A DNA stretch of 58,215 nt, the filler included, from Platydemus manokwari (lineage: Eukaryota): the NCBI GenBank assembly GCA_037951405.1. It is 5 parts of 5 records of this genome, joined end to end, with 100 filler letters (N's around TTAATTAATTAA, not from the genome) between each part and the next. Parts side by side here need not be neighbours in the genome. Positions count along the whole stretch, not along the records: positions 37,460 to 49,351 come from JBBMOY010409999.1; positions 49,452 to 58,215 come from JBBMOY011353871.1; 3 more parts are not named here. One strand, 5' to 3'. The notes beneath the pieces were generated by a model, which saw only the letters and a list, made by a program, of their open reading frames with translations, was not told the DNA's origin and ran no database searches. Position numbers and translations under genes: made by a program. Of the stretch, positions 41,376-55,022 are shown one piece after another (position 1 is the stretch's first letter; each line of letters opens with the position of its first letter).

Positions 41376-42829
41376 ATTTATTATTTACTACGAATCATTT
41401 TTCTAAAATAACTCATGAGCAAAAATAAATTCTATTCTCTTACAATGGGTATTTCTATTTACTGTTTAGCTTGAATATCAATTCTATTATTTAAACATTT
41501 TAGTTAACTTTTATTTATTTAAAATTCGTTTTCAGCAGTTGATATTTATTTAATTTATTAAATAAAAATGAAATTTTCGTTAAATTAATTTTTCAACTCA
41601 TTAATTCATTCATTATCATAGATATTTCTTTCATAAGCAGAATTATTTAACTTATTTTTGTCTTATTAATTCGTTTATTAATTTTTAATTAAGTTGTTTT
41701 CTCTCGCTCATAATTTAGAATATAATTTAAATAAACTTGATACAATTTCATATTTTATACAAGATCTTATTTTAAAACCTAGCAAACCTCAACTTTTTTT
41801 AATTCTATGCCCTCCGACATAAAGGGCAAGCCTTCTAGCCTATTATTCCACAAAAGGAAATTCTTAAATTGCTGAAAATATTTTCTAGAAAGATGGTATT
41901 TTTATTACCAATAAATGTGAAATTACAATGTCACTGGAGTTATTATTATTCAAACCCTATCTCATTTGAGTTCATTTTCTTAGTGACACATTATCATTAT
42001 ACCTTATATATATGAAACCGACTAAAGTATTTCATTGGCTTAAGGAGTTCTATTCAAGTTCAGTTCTCAACAATATTTACCCTGTAAGATTTATTCTAAA
42101 ATTTCTTTTTGAAACTGATATAAATGGTTAAGAAATTTGATTAAGAAAGATTGCGACTGAAGCTTTTTATCTATTCCGAAAGTGCTAATTAACTATAGCA
42201 TGACTTAATATAACACATATTTTACTAAAACTTACTTCAAAGGACTATAACTGGCTTTCAATTGAAATCTTCACTTTACATTGCTTCTTATTGATCGGTT
42301 ATCGCACCTGTGTAATAGTGTAGGTGTGTATGTGTACACTTTATAGGGCCATAAGCACCCTGACTTTGCTAATTATTTCCCTCAGTTTTATGGAAGAAAA
42401 TATAATATAATTTTATTCATATGATGACAGAATAAAGTTTAGAAAATATTGTTGGGTTGTTAATAATATTTTTAATCGATGTGTCTAACATCTCAACAGG
42501 AGTTCGATTATGTTTTTATTGTGTTTGATTTTATCAAGAGTTATTGGATCAATAATACTAACTCACAATTGAAATATTTATTTATATTGCTGTTAATAAA
42601 TTATGGATAACCAAATAATTGCTGACACCAAAAATCAAAGATTGCAAACTTTCTTTTCATTGTTTCCATTAATCAGTACGACTCTAAAACTCAATACAAT
42701 ATCTCAAAAACGCAACCAAAACTTGACTTCAAACTGGCAGTTGGCCCATCTTTACATCGGTTTTATAATCGAGATGTGTGTGTAATTTTTGTATCACGTT
42801 TATATCGCATTTTAATTTTGATTACTTCC

Positions 42830-44560
42830 AAAAATATTCATCACAACCCGTATAAATTCTAAATTAGTAGCTTTACTTCTCCAAATCTGAGTTGGTGCCA
42901 CTGTACAAAGTTCATTTTCCACAGTTTTTCAATTCAAAATTTTACTACTCTTGTTTGTAATACTGCAAAAGTATTTTCCTCTGCGACTTCTTCTTTACAA
43001 ATTTTTGCTTTATTTTCTCCAAATTCTTTAAATATTTGATTTAGATGTATCATACGATTTTGGGTTCACCTATTTCAAGGTTATCAATTAACTTTATATC
43101 TCATTACTGATAATTCTCCTTTCCACTTCTCTTTATCTTCTGGGAATGTTGTGCTTAGTTTATTTTCAGAATCATAAAAGTTAACTTTTCTTTCCACAAT
43201 AATTTTTATTTGAGGACCATGCTATTATTAAATGTCCAAAATTGCTATAGAAGGGGCATTTTACTTCTCCTTATATACTTACAACATTTCGTGGAGGGGA
43301 TTTTGATATAACTTTGATCTGCAATTTTCCTGTTGCATTCAAATCACCCTCGATATTAGCTTTTGTTTGACTTATTTAGTTTATAATTAAATAAAGGTTT
43401 AGTTGTTTGAGAATTATCGCAAAATCTCTGAGTTCTACAATTCTTCTCATAATTACCGATTTGTTGGCATTTAGAACATGTAACTAATTGTTACTTTTCA
43501 GTTAAACGTTAATCATGGATCGTTAAGGATTTGCATACACCTTAGCGAATCCTTTGTTTGAAGATTTTGGAATATCACTTGTTAGATACTAAACTGAGGA
43601 TGGTCATTCAACTTTTCTCATTTTGAGGTTTTAGGTTTTTATTCAAAAATTATTGGTTGACTGTACAATGAAGCACAGTTCATTTCGACTCTCATCACCT
43701 GCTTAGTGCGTTCCTCATAAACGGCCTAAATATCTAAGCTAAGTGCTGCATCAATAAGATTGGACGTACCTTTTGTTTGGTAGATCACAAATCAATCAAA
43801 AGGATCATAAGAACCAAGGAAAAAACCCTAAAAAGGGTCAACACACAGATCCTAGAAACACATCTGCCGTCAGCCGATCAGACTTTTTCTAATATCAATC
43901 TATATTTAGAAGCTAAGAATCGACCGGCACACACTTACAAATGGCAGCCAGCTCGAATATCTACCAGTGACATGAGAGATGCGAGGAAAATTTAAGTAGA
44001 CCAATCTACGAACAGATTCAGCAAATGGAAAATGAAGATCTGTGACATCAAGCAGACACACCCGATAGGTCTATAAAAGAAGTTGAGTTCCATGGATTCC
44101 TGTTAGTCTTTTTTGGTCGGTAACTCGAGTGTTAAGCTTATCTTTGTATGATTTTTAGTAATCATTCGTTTTGATTATTTTCCATTCTGTTTTTTACTTT
44201 CGGGCGCTGATCTTGTCTTGAGTGATTTACTATTGTGAATGTGAAAAGATTTACTGTAGTTATTGAGGTTTTGATTGTGATATTTTTGGTTAATACATTT
44301 TCAAATCTAAATTAATATACCCAACACTTTTGAAAATTGGTTTTTCTTGTTCATGTTGATCAATCTGTCATATGATCAAAAGCTTTTTTGGTTAAACGTA
44401 ATAAATGAAATGCGAATTCTCCAACTACTTCGTTAGGTTTGGTTTTTTGAGAAGATTTTTTGTCAAATAATTCAACATACATTTTCATTTATGAGTTTTT
44501 ATGATAGAACATCTTTAATTGCTACACATTCTACTACGTTCGTTCTACCCATCTACATCT
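42830..44560 (-). mobile_element. Decayed Gypsy-like gag region interrupted by the solo LTR
   Basis: KPNEVVGEFAFHLLRLTKKAF near 44440-44380 (gag Q..ESV..F..RL..L-like motif) and degenerate zinc-knuckle-like KCPFYSNFGHLIIAW near 43260-43215. Confidence 0.45.
43774..44326 (+). mobile_element. Solo LTR (Gypsy-type), 553 bp
   Basis: TGTTTGGTA ... TACCCAACA inverted termini, 4-bp TSD CTTT (43770-43773, 44327-44330), internal TATA-like CTATAAAAG near 44072. Confidence 0.7.
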
Positions 44561-44644
44561 ATGAGCGTCTTATTTATGAAATATGATAATGATTATTAAT
44601 CATCTAATAATTCAACATATTTCGAAATTTACATTTATTTGATT

Positions 44645-45276
44645 TACAGGTGGACATGCTACAGACACTATACGCCAGCTATCCCAAACAATTATTCGAT
44701 GCTAACGTGAAAGGAACAAGTGATAGAAAATGAATAAAGGAATATTCTAGGCTTTAATATATATCCAGCAAATTAGAAATTGACAACAAATACATATTAT
44801 ACAATTGTAATTGTGCACAGCATTACACAAACTATACTTTGATTTGTAATCAAAAGCGCAATGAACGCCCAATATACCATTACACAACCCGTTTCATTAA
44901 AAATTGAAGTCTAATATATCTAAATTGAGGTTTTATCCCCACTTAAAATACAACTCATCCCAGATACTCGAAGAAAATAGAAAACAATATCACTAAAAAG
45001 TCATTAAGGCCTCACAATCAGCGCTTATAATTTGTTCGTAACATTCGCAATAGAACAGTTAATGACGGAAACAAGGTTGTAAATCAAGGAAATACCATGA
45101 ATACCAGCCATTATATCTACACCTTTTGAAATAGTAAATAGATGCATAACCTTAATAAAAAGAGAATTGGCGCTAAGGGAATAACATAAGAATATTGTTA
45201 ATTTATATAGAGAACTACTTTTATTGAAAAGTGCATCCGACGTGGGCATAGATAAAAAATTACAGTTGTTAATCAT
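44645..45276 (-). pseudogene. Class A GPCR pseudogene fragment (TM1-TM4 region), divergent from VPS29
   Basis: ORF 45276-45025 ends with TM1-like DIMAGIHGISLIYNLVSVI. Reading through stops gives TM2-like LFSDIVF. After one frameshift comes TM3-like NETGCVMVYWAFIALLITNQSIVCVMLCTITIV*YVFVVN, with a stop at the D/ERY position. Confidence 0.5.
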
Positions 45277-45676
45277 AACAATTAGTTATAATCAATTATT
45301 GAATATGGGATATATATTATGTATAAGTAAATATAATAAAACTGTATGTATCTTCATAAATATCACTCCATAATTTTAGGTAAACCGCTTTGAAAATCGA
45401 AATAGTTGTGAATCATTATTAATTTAACAAATTTTGCTAAAACAGAAAATTAATGATTTTGCTACATTCCTATTTGTTGTTTATTAATTTAAAATTCTAA
45501 TATATAAAATTTTAATCCACTTAAAAATGAAATTATGAGTTATGACAAAAAATAATATAAGTGTTTTAATAAATTTCTTATAATCTTTGTTCAAAATACA
45601 AATTGTTTTAATTTATTTTAGTAAACAGCGGCAATTTATATTTATTCCATTTTAGCGATTATAAAAAATTAATTAA

Positions 45677-46386
45677 ATGGTAATCTTATCTATATAATAT
45701 TTATTAATTACATTGAAATATTTGTTTTTTGAAGCTTGTTTTAGTTATAGGCGATTTTCATATACCACATCGACAACATTCACTTCATCCAAAGTTTCGT
45801 ACGCTTCTTGTACCTGGAAGAATTCAGCACATTTTATGCACAGGAAATTTGACTACAAAAGAAACTTATGATTATTTGAAAACGATATCTAACGATGTTC
45901 ATATAGTGAAAGGGGATTTTGATGATGTAACTTGTTTAATGATTTAAAAAAATTATTTGTTGTATAGAATTCATCATACCCCGAAACTAAAGTTATTACT
46001 GTTGGTGATTTTAAAATTGGACTTACACATGGACACCAAATTGTTCCTTGGGGAGATGCTGAAAGCTTGTCGATTCTCCAGCGACAATTGAATGTGGACA
46101 TCTTAATTACTGGTCATACCCATAAATTTGAGGCCTACGAAAAAAGTGGAAAGTTCTTCATCAATCCAGGATCAGCCACTGGAGCATTTAGTCCAATTGA
46201 AAGGTTATTAAGCTATTCTAATTTGCATACAAATTGTAAAAAATTAATTTAAACTCATTTAGCGATGCAATTCCTTCCTTTGTATTACTGGATATTCAAC
46301 AGTCAAATCTATTATTATATGTCTATAAGATCGTTGATGACGAACATTATGTGGAAAGAGTGGAATATAAGAAATCAGAAAATTAA
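45677..46386 (+). CDS. VPS29: Retromer subunit VPS29, complete; exons 45677-45679 (ATG only), 45735-45926, 45968-46203, 46263-46386
   Basis: Spliced product [93 protein letters not shown]. All introns GT-AG. Confidence 0.97.
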
Positions 46387-47253
46387 TATTATGTGAATTT
46401 CACGAATATTTTTAAATTATTAATAAATTGTTGATTTTTTATTGTAAATTTCTGTTTTAAAATTTGATTTCATTTGTGAGATCATTGATTCGGTTATTAA
46501 TAATAATAAAATGATTTTTTGTGGGTATTTTCACTTATTTAATAAGCCAGAAAACTCTTGAAGTGGATTCGTTGCTTTAATTTGTGTTTAATATATTTTT
46601 ATTAGTTCTCATTTATTGAAATTATATATTTTTGTTTTAAAAATCATCTGTAAACAGTATAAATTGACAAACATTTCATGTTATTTTATGATAGGATATA
46701 TTGTTTTGTAAATGACATGTCACATTGAATTTTTTGTAAGTGAATTATTTTAAATTATGTAAACTCCTGATTACTAAATTGAATTATTCAATCACAATGA
46801 TAATTGTGACAGGATATTGTGAAATAGTGTTGATCATGCTTTAACTTATTTTTTACAATTTGGAGTATTTCAAGTTTTATTTACAAATTATAACACCAAA
46901 GCTTTAAGATTTAAATGCATATATCATTTCAATGAAATAAAAGAATTTTTTCAATATTTATAGCAATTAGTAAATTTCTTCAAATCATTTTCTTAATTTC
47001 CACACCCAAAATAACAATGGAAACATTTGAAAATCTGAAATAGTTTACAATATTAATGATTGAAATCATTAATTGATTTTATAAATTATTTAAAGATTAA
47101 TATGATGTTGGTTTTTTCTGTTTTAAAATTTTATTCTATTATATATTTTATACTAGGTTTTTAAATCCATAATTTTGGAAATAAGTTACAATAAACTATT
47201 AGGAACGTTTTAACATTAAGCATAGACAAACTATTTAGTAAAATCGGTTGTAT

Positions 47254-48690
47254 TTATTGTAGCTTGAAACCAGAATTGTTTACATGCATTTTTAAAGTAT
47301 TGACAAATGCGTGCATCAAAAAATCGGAAATTTCTTTTGGAGTAAGTGGGAAATGGTATATTTTCTGTACGGGTATTCTAACTTCTGTATTAAATTTGAA
47401 TATCAATTTATCACAAAGTTCTATTAACCTAGATAGACTTGCACAGCAACACAAATATCATTGTACATTCAAGTCACTACATTATAAAATAATGTAGAAA
47501 AAAAATTTAATGATCCTTAACGAAACCTAACGAAGGAAAAACGATAATCGTGAAAAAAATCATAGAAAATGGGAAAATGAAATTGATTGAAATAGTTAAT
47601 AAAGTTTAAACGACTCAGAAAAGAATCAATTAAGAAATTGATATAATTCCTGACTGGCTTTCCAAAAGAGCACTATCATTTTGGTTGGATAAAATCAGAT
47701 CGTAAAAATCAGAGGTCATTGAGAAGTCTAGAGATTGCAAACTGAAGAAATAATTTCGTAGCAATTTGGAGAATTTTTATATTGTGATATTCAGTGATTT
47801 AGCGAAACATCCTTTGGTCGATTTCTAGTTTGTTCTTTTCCTTTCTATTGGTCATTATAAAGATTGAGCTAAATTTTTTATTAATGTAACGTTATAATTA
47901 ACTGGAGTTGAATTTCGTTATAACCTTGACACCATTTGACTCTAATTCGATTTGAATTTCACTCTGAATAGTCAATCTCTTCTGTTGGGTAAATTACAAC
48001 ACTGCCATACTGATCATATAGCAAAAAAAATTAAAGAATTAAATAAAAGCATATAATTGGTCTTTGAACATTCGACGATAGCAAATAAACAATCAATAGA
48101 TGACATTATTGCAAAATATTTTAACATATTACAGGAGAGAATACTACTTCCATAAAGGCATGTTATGGTATTAATTTTTGGAAATATATCATTAACTTCA
48201 TTATTAAGTTCATTCAGATTTATTTTCATCAGTAATAAAATACTGGATCTTTTCATTATTTTCTGATCAATTATTTCTGTGGTGTAATCCGGAACACCTG
48301 ATACCTCTAAACCGACTTACAAATTTCTTACTGAAATTTGTGACAAATGACCTAATTTCTAAATCGATATCAATATTGCATATTTAGGAGAAATAATGTA
48401 ATATTTGCAACTTCATGAGATTCTTTACGATTTTTCTATTTAAACTGAAATGATGGTCTTCCATGTCAAATTCAAATGAAACGAAGCTGAATATTCCCCT
48501 AAGTAAATAAAGAAAAAACTTCGAATATCCTTAGGTACTTGTTCAAAGGACAACAATCACACAAATCAGAATGAAAAATTAACAACCACTTACAAAGTCA
48601 TATGAAATCATTTACTTTTTCAAGTTCAATACTTTCGAAAATATAAAACACAAGACAATGGTAAATATCCCATTGTTTTGTTGAATTTCA
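47254..48690 (-). pseudogene. Unidentified decayed multi-exon gene
   Basis: Coding-like blocks with GTAAGT donors (near 48593, 48320) and AG acceptors, e.g. GIFSFVSFEFDMEDHHFSLNRKIVKNLMKLQILHYFS*ICNIDIDLEIRSFVTNFSKK and ORFs 48014-48256, 47254-47454, with scattered in-frame stops. Confidence 0.45.
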
Positions 48691-49011
48691 TTTGATTTAA
48701 ACTAGAGACTTTTATCTTTTTATTTATGGTGTTACCTTATGGCAGTGGTTTTAATGGCAATAATGTTAATGATGATGTTAATAAATAATAATACCAATGA
48801 TAATAACGGTAATAGTAATAAGAATAACGATGATACAATAAATATTAATCTTGACATTAATTCTCATCGATCCATAGTAATGATGATCAGTAATATTAAT
48901 ACCGAGATTATACTTCTAATTATAATGGTATTGGTAACTCTTCTATCAATCATATAATCATAGAATAAGCAATAATACTAATAATTATTATTGACAGGAT
49001 ACCAAATCACC

Positions 49012-49012
49012 T

Positions 49013-49050
<38 letters not shown>
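49012..49050. repeat. (TA)n(TG)n compound microsatellite
   Basis: Directly visible. Confidence 0.9.
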
Positions 49051-49351
49051 ATTACCACTGCCGAATTTATTCAATGCTTTAATATTAAAACATTGTGAAC
49101 ACACGAAAAACTTTCCGTATTCATCAATAAAAAACTAATGTTTCATATTTCTTAATTCTTTTTTTATATTTATCTCTTGATTTCTTCTTAAGTTCAAATT
49201 TTACGTCCAGTAAATTTGTATTATTCAATACCATAATTTCTTTTTAATCTTTAATATCTATAAATTTTAAGTGCTAAATATTTGAAATCACTTTCATCTT
49301 TCGTTTATCTTTATTAATTTAAATTTTATTTAACTATTTCTCAAGTATATT

Positions 49352-49451
49352 NNNNNNNNNNNNNNNNNNNNNNNNNNNNNNNNNNNNNNNNNNNNTTAAT
49401 TAATTAANNNNNNNNNNNNNNNNNNNNNNNNNNNNNNNNNNNNNNNNNNNN
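49352..49451. other. Artificial assembly spacer
   Basis: Same N44-TTAATTAATTAA-N44 structure. Confidence 0.97.
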
Positions 49452-49559
49452 TTTTATTTATTCTGCTTTGATTTATCGAATAAATCATTATTTAATATTT
49501 TATATTATCGTGGGGGGTATTTAGCTTTATTTTATTATCAATTATTTTTGATTGTCTTT

Positions 49560-52260
49560 ATTTAAATGATAAAACACAACACAAGAATAAGGATTTGAAA
49601 GGGGCAGTCATATTTTCTTGCTGTTTCAATATTCCATACATAGAAACACTTTTATGGTGGAGATCATGAATGTCGTGAAATTCTTTAATGGTTGGAAATG
49701 GGAAAACCCTTTGAAAATCCTTTAGAAATATTTATATCATTTTTGCTGTCCATATTTATTAAGGATAAGGCCAGCATTTATTTTTACAGAGGGTAGTTGT
49801 AACATATTAGTTCTCTTTCACAATGTTAGCGGGTTCTAAATTCTGTTCCAATTGTTTTCTATGTATTGGAGAATAAAATGTCTCCAGTTGGAGCGGTTAA
49901 TTTATAAGTGGAAATTTTGGAATAATTTCAGAGATACATTGTGGGTTGAATTGGTAAAAGAATAAATTCCAATATACACACTTTGATAAATTATTATTAA
50001 ACCGAAAGCTATGATCTAAAAGTCCCATCGATAAATTTTTTAGTTAGATTATCGGGTGTAGTTAAGAATAATGTGTATAAAATTTCAAGAGACTTGAGTT
50101 TTATACGCTTTTCTCTTCCAAAAGCGATACTTACTCGGTGTTACTTACTCGGTGCTATTATTGTCCATTATTGCGCCTACGTGCATCAAAGATCTGTGAG
50201 AATTCTATTTTATTTCAGTCTACCAACTATTTACCTACTCAGCATCATCTTTCACCCAATTTTCTGTTGAGCAAAATTAAGTTGTGATTTCATCAATTCA
50301 ATTAAGTATCTCGCCTTGCAACATTTTCCTTCAGATTTGATTTCCCGATGATCTTTCACAAGGACATTTAAACTTCCTTTGTGAGGTGCAAATGCAACTT
50401 TGTGTTTATAACTGGAACTAGAACGGTGACTGGTATTATTCGATTGTCTGTCATTTTGTAAATGAAAATCCTTTTGTCCAAATCTTTTGAATAACTTGGT
50501 CTGGTGATGATATTAGAATTTCTAGCACTTGCGGACTCGTGTTTCTAAGCGCACTATTTCAATGATAGATTCCATTACGTAAAAGAGCAAAAATAAACAG
50601 GAAGTCTCATTTTAATTTTCCTTACATGTATAGTCCTGCTTTAAGCACCTTTTTATTTATTTACAACGGAAAATTTTGAAATTATCGATTTTAAATAATA
50701 TACAAATATAAACAATCGACTTTGATTCATTAAATCGAATCCATATTTTCTTACAATGTTAACCAATTAATGCTCGTTAATCTGATTATTTCAAAATTTG
50801 TCTTTTAAATAGAGCAATAAAACAAATTAATTTTCATTTGACCTAATTGCTTCTAATTCCCATCTCAGAACAAAGAATTTAACCGCCATTTATATTCGAA
50901 CTCATTCTCAAATTTCACCATAACGCTGGAAATAATTTCAGCAATCATAAAATAATCTTAAGACATTTTATGATCTCATGAAGGGTCTCATGTTTTTCAT
51001 TGACTTGAAATGTCGTCAGTAATGAATGTTTTATGAGGCTAACATTCAAATGACGAATATCAATTCTTCGGCTGTTTTATTTTAAGTAGGAAGCAATTCA
51101 TTTGTTTCCAAATGACTATTCCTACAGCCTGGATTTATATCATCAATAATCTATTCACATCTTTCAATCACATCATGCGCACACACATACAGGTGATAAA
51201 TGACAATAGACTCGAGAAAAATGACGGTTTCAGTTCTTGATTCATTAGATGCGAGAGATTTGCTGTCTTATGGGCCTTGATGAGTAGAAAAGATTTGAAT
51301 TTCTCCATCGTCAATATCAGATCCCCATTAGCCATGTAACTGTTTTTATATCTTGTACACGCTCTATCAGAACTTTTCTCGTGATTGTCGACACAAGCGG
51401 CTAATTTTAAATTTGCATTTAAAATAATTAAGAAGTTCAACCTGCAAAAGTATATTTAGCTGAAATATTCAAACAAGTTATTCGAAGTTATTTTTAATAA
51501 TTCATTTGACTTACAAAAGCTGTTTGTTAATCGGAATAAACAAGGAAAAGTTTCCATATGTTAAATTCGTAAAACAACATATTGATATTCATGAACTTTG
51601 CTGATGTTGGGTTCTGAGTTACTTTATAACATAAAATACATTCAATTTACAGGAAAAAAGTTAGAATAATTTTAAAATCAATGAATTAGTAAAGAGGGGA
51701 AGAAATTTTCCCATACGGGTATTGCTCACGGTTTATACTAACCGAATGAAACTATAGAAAGAAACTAATGATCTAGCGTGTCCAATTTAATGAAATGTGC
51801 CGAATTGCGAGATGGCTTGATGAGACTCAATCGAAAATATCTGTTATATCTATATTTCGATTATTTCTGTCTTTAAATTTTCACGTATATACGCTGTAGG
51901 CGAAACTTTGTTGCTAAAAATAATCGCGGGTAGTTTTTTCTCCTGACAAAGCTTGAGGAATCGTCGTTGTTATAAGTACAACCAATGTAAAAACCGAATT
52001 AATGAAATTCGATTTATTTTTGTTTTATTTCTTGCGATGCATTTCAACTCCCTATTATCTATTGATTATGATGAAATATAATGAGTGATATACTGGCTCA
52101 TTATTTATTTTATTACATCTTCGTCACATCAGTTGGGTGTGGTTCATATGGTCCGATTACGTAGAATTTGAACTTGATGATGATTTCAAAATTATTATCA
52201 TTTTTTCTTATTTTTACACGTAATAGTCAACTTCTCTCTATTCGGATGTGTCCTTGAAAT
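49560..52260 (-). pseudogene. Unidentified decayed coding region
   Basis: Higher-complexity sequence with long interrupted frames (ORF 51168-51440 after a TTTTGCAG acceptor; KSLEILYTLFLTTPDNLTKNLSMGLLDHSFRFNNNLSKCVYWNLFFYQFNPQCISEIIPK near 50100-49900) and a GTAAGT donor near 51514. Confidence 0.35.
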
Positions 52261-53160
52261 GTATACACAAAATCGAAATTAACGAAATTTGGATCCAGAT
52301 TAAATACATGAAAATATCTTTTTAACAAACTAATAATTTTTTAATCAAAATATTATCGGAAAAAGTCAGAGAGGAAAAAATTCCCAAATAAAATACTTGG
52401 AACGAGTTCAACAATTCTCCAATTTTGATCTTCTTTCATTGCCTTAGGGGAAGATTTGAAAATTCTAACTCGCATAGATAGTACGTAAAAAATTTTATTA
52501 AATTGTTTTGCTAATTTCTTAAATTCATTTCTGAATAAAAATTTAGAAACATTTGACTGCGAGGAAAATAGGTTTTACTCATTTTACCAAAACATAATTT
52601 TAGTTTGATGTACCAAAGATTATTTAATAATTATGGATTGAAAATAACTGAATGATAATGTAGGAATATATTGTTAGGAAAATACTGGTATTTTTCAGAT
52701 ATCGTTCCTTACATTAAAAGCTTCCTGATGAGATTCTGATGTTAATGATAAATATTTTATTTATTAGTATCCGGTATTTACTTTATTTTTCATCTGTTAT
52801 TCTTTATCTTTTCCAAATAAATTTTTTATAATATATCAAGCCTTAGTATATCGTTTTACGGTTTAAGAATAAATTGTCGCATTCAGCTATCTTAAAAATC
52901 GGGTGCGAAATAACGAATTTTTCGACAGTCTTCAGTAGACTGTATTAATTACAATTATCATCTTGGCTATCATTTTATCACAAGAATTTAATAGCCAATA
53001 AATATATAGGATAAATACAAATATCGTATTAATCAGAGATGGCTTTAATCTTTTATGAAATAGCTTGAATACATGGAACATTAAAAGAACATTTAATTAT
53101 ATTATTATTGTTTATCATTTTTATTTAGTGGCTTTTATAAGGTAAAGTAGCACTAGTGTA

Positions 53161-54229
53161 CTGCGTGATCCATAAGTATCCGCTTCTAAAACTAAAATAA
53201 AACAACAGTAAGATGAAACTAAATGTATTGAGTTACTTTAATGCACAACAAAACGCAATAACAGCAAGAACAAATAACGGTAAATAATGAGCTATTCCAT
53301 AGCAACTGTTCAAAATGTTCACCATCTTGCTCCAAACAGATATTGCACCGTTTCCTGAAGCTTGTATAACATTTACAGACGACTTCTTGATTGATGTTTA
53401 TCAATTCATGAGAAATATCGTCCTCAAGTTCGTTGAGCGTTGTATAATTGTTATGGATTACATAAAATCGATATTTGATGTAGCTTCATAGCCAACAGTC
53501 CAATATCGTGAGGTCTGGAGATCATATACGACCAATTCACCACTGTGGAAAATATTGATCAAGCCATTGTCGTGCTGGAATACCTAAATGAGTGGGACAC
53601 CATTTGAGAAAATAATCTTTCTATGGAAATGGATGTTGCTTACGTTGATTATCCATGAACTGAATTCAACCCTCTTATCGGGATCATTTTCGTCCAATGT
53701 TTGATTAACAGAATATTTGAAAAGTTTTATTTTCTCTTCTTTGAGACATCTGTGAGCAGAAGTTTGTGAAGTCATACAAACTCGTTCAGTTTCTCGTTGA
53801 TTTTTACCATCATTCTCTTTTTCAAATTTACCGCCTTTTCCTTCATGATTTCATCAGACAGTCTTCTTGATCGCAAACTAGTGGATGAGTTCCAGTTTCT
53901 TCAAACTTCTGTTTCCAGTATTGCGCTGTTGTTCTAGGTGGTGGTGTACGATTGAAACATTTTGGAAATTCTTGGCAAGCTTTGGCACTACTCTGGTACA
54001 CTGTTGCATGGCTAACTATAAGCACTTTATCCGCAAGCGAAAATCTAACATCGCCAGCTGCTTCCACCATATTGTGATTATGCAACTGATTAATAAGAAA
54101 TAAGAAATAAAGCACATTAATCAGTGAATAATAATTAATATCAATGAGTATAAATATGTGAGTGTAAATTACATTGTGTTTTGTTGTTTGGTTTTAGTTT
54201 TAGAGACGGAGGCTCTAAGAAGAGCGCAG
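53161..54229 (-). mobile_element. Tc1/mariner-superfamily element (DUF4817-type HTH transposase), internally deleted and decayed
   Basis: TA flanks at 53159-53160 and 54230-54231; imperfect TIRs CTGCG...TCTAAAACTAAAA..AAACAACA. Transposase pieces FNRTPPPRTTAQYWKQKFEETG, QTLDENDPDKRVEFSSW, SPDLTILDCWL, RCNICLEQDGEHFEQLL. Confidence 0.9.
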
Positions 54230-54984
54230 TATATAAATTGCTTTGAAAGTATTGATTCCTTTATCCTTAGGCAACATTATAAGAAATTGTGTACGTGTTT
54301 TCAATGGATAAGTCTCAAATCATGTTACCCATAAGTTTACACCAAATAATTCGATAACTACACTCGATAGATTTATTTGAATATATCATCGAATAAAATG
54401 GAAAAAATCTTTTCAAGCATATTTTGTAAAATCTTTAACCAGCCAAATTTCATTTTTCTAATCCATTGTGGATCGACTCGCATATCTCAAGGAAACAACA
54501 AACAAACAGTAAGCCTCAGACAATATTAATGAAGTAACGACTTGACCAAGAATTATATTTAAATTTTAATGAAAATCGGTGTATTATGAGGGCAATTTAA
54601 GAATAAATCTGGGCAATAAAACGTATTAAAAATCTACTGATAATAGAAGTTGTATTGAATGATAAAAATATTCCACAATAGTTTGCATTGAATTTTATCT
54701 GATTTGTCGATGTGTCATGTGGTATTCCATTTCAATCAATGGTAAAAGTTGAATAAAATTGATAATTTCTTCTTTGTTGAAAATTCTGTCACAGCAATAC
54801 TTTTACAATGCCATTTTAAAAAATTTGTTTTCAAATGTTCCCATTGTCTGTCCGAATATTCTGGGTGAAATGAGTGAAAGAAAAATGTTGATACAATTTT
54901 CCACAGTATTTCAGTTGAATATTTGTAAGATATCAATACAATTTATCTCTTTTATTCTTTTCAGGAGAAAAGCTATTTTGTTAG

Positions 54985-55022
54985 GAGAGAGAGAGACAGA
55001 GAGAGAGAGAGACAGAAAGAGA
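54985..55022. repeat. (GA)n microsatellite, imperfect
   Basis: Directly visible. Confidence 0.85.

Noticed and set aside
43660-43705. Hammerhead-ribozyme-like core GTGATGAGAGTCGAAA on the minus strand
   Set aside because: The invariant C of CUGAUGA is missing and no stem I pairing is present.
22480-48400. Stop-codon reassignment (TAA/TAG as Gln) to explain interrupted frames
   Set aside because: Intact genes end in TAA and have no internal stops; the relics also contain TGA stops and frameshifts.
48739-48957. 72-aa Asn/Ile/Met-rich ORF
   Set aside because: Translation of degenerate (AAT)n low-complexity sequence.
51810-51860. Hammerhead-like TTGATGAGACTCAATCGAAA
   Set aside because: Core mismatch, and stems I and III do not form convincingly.
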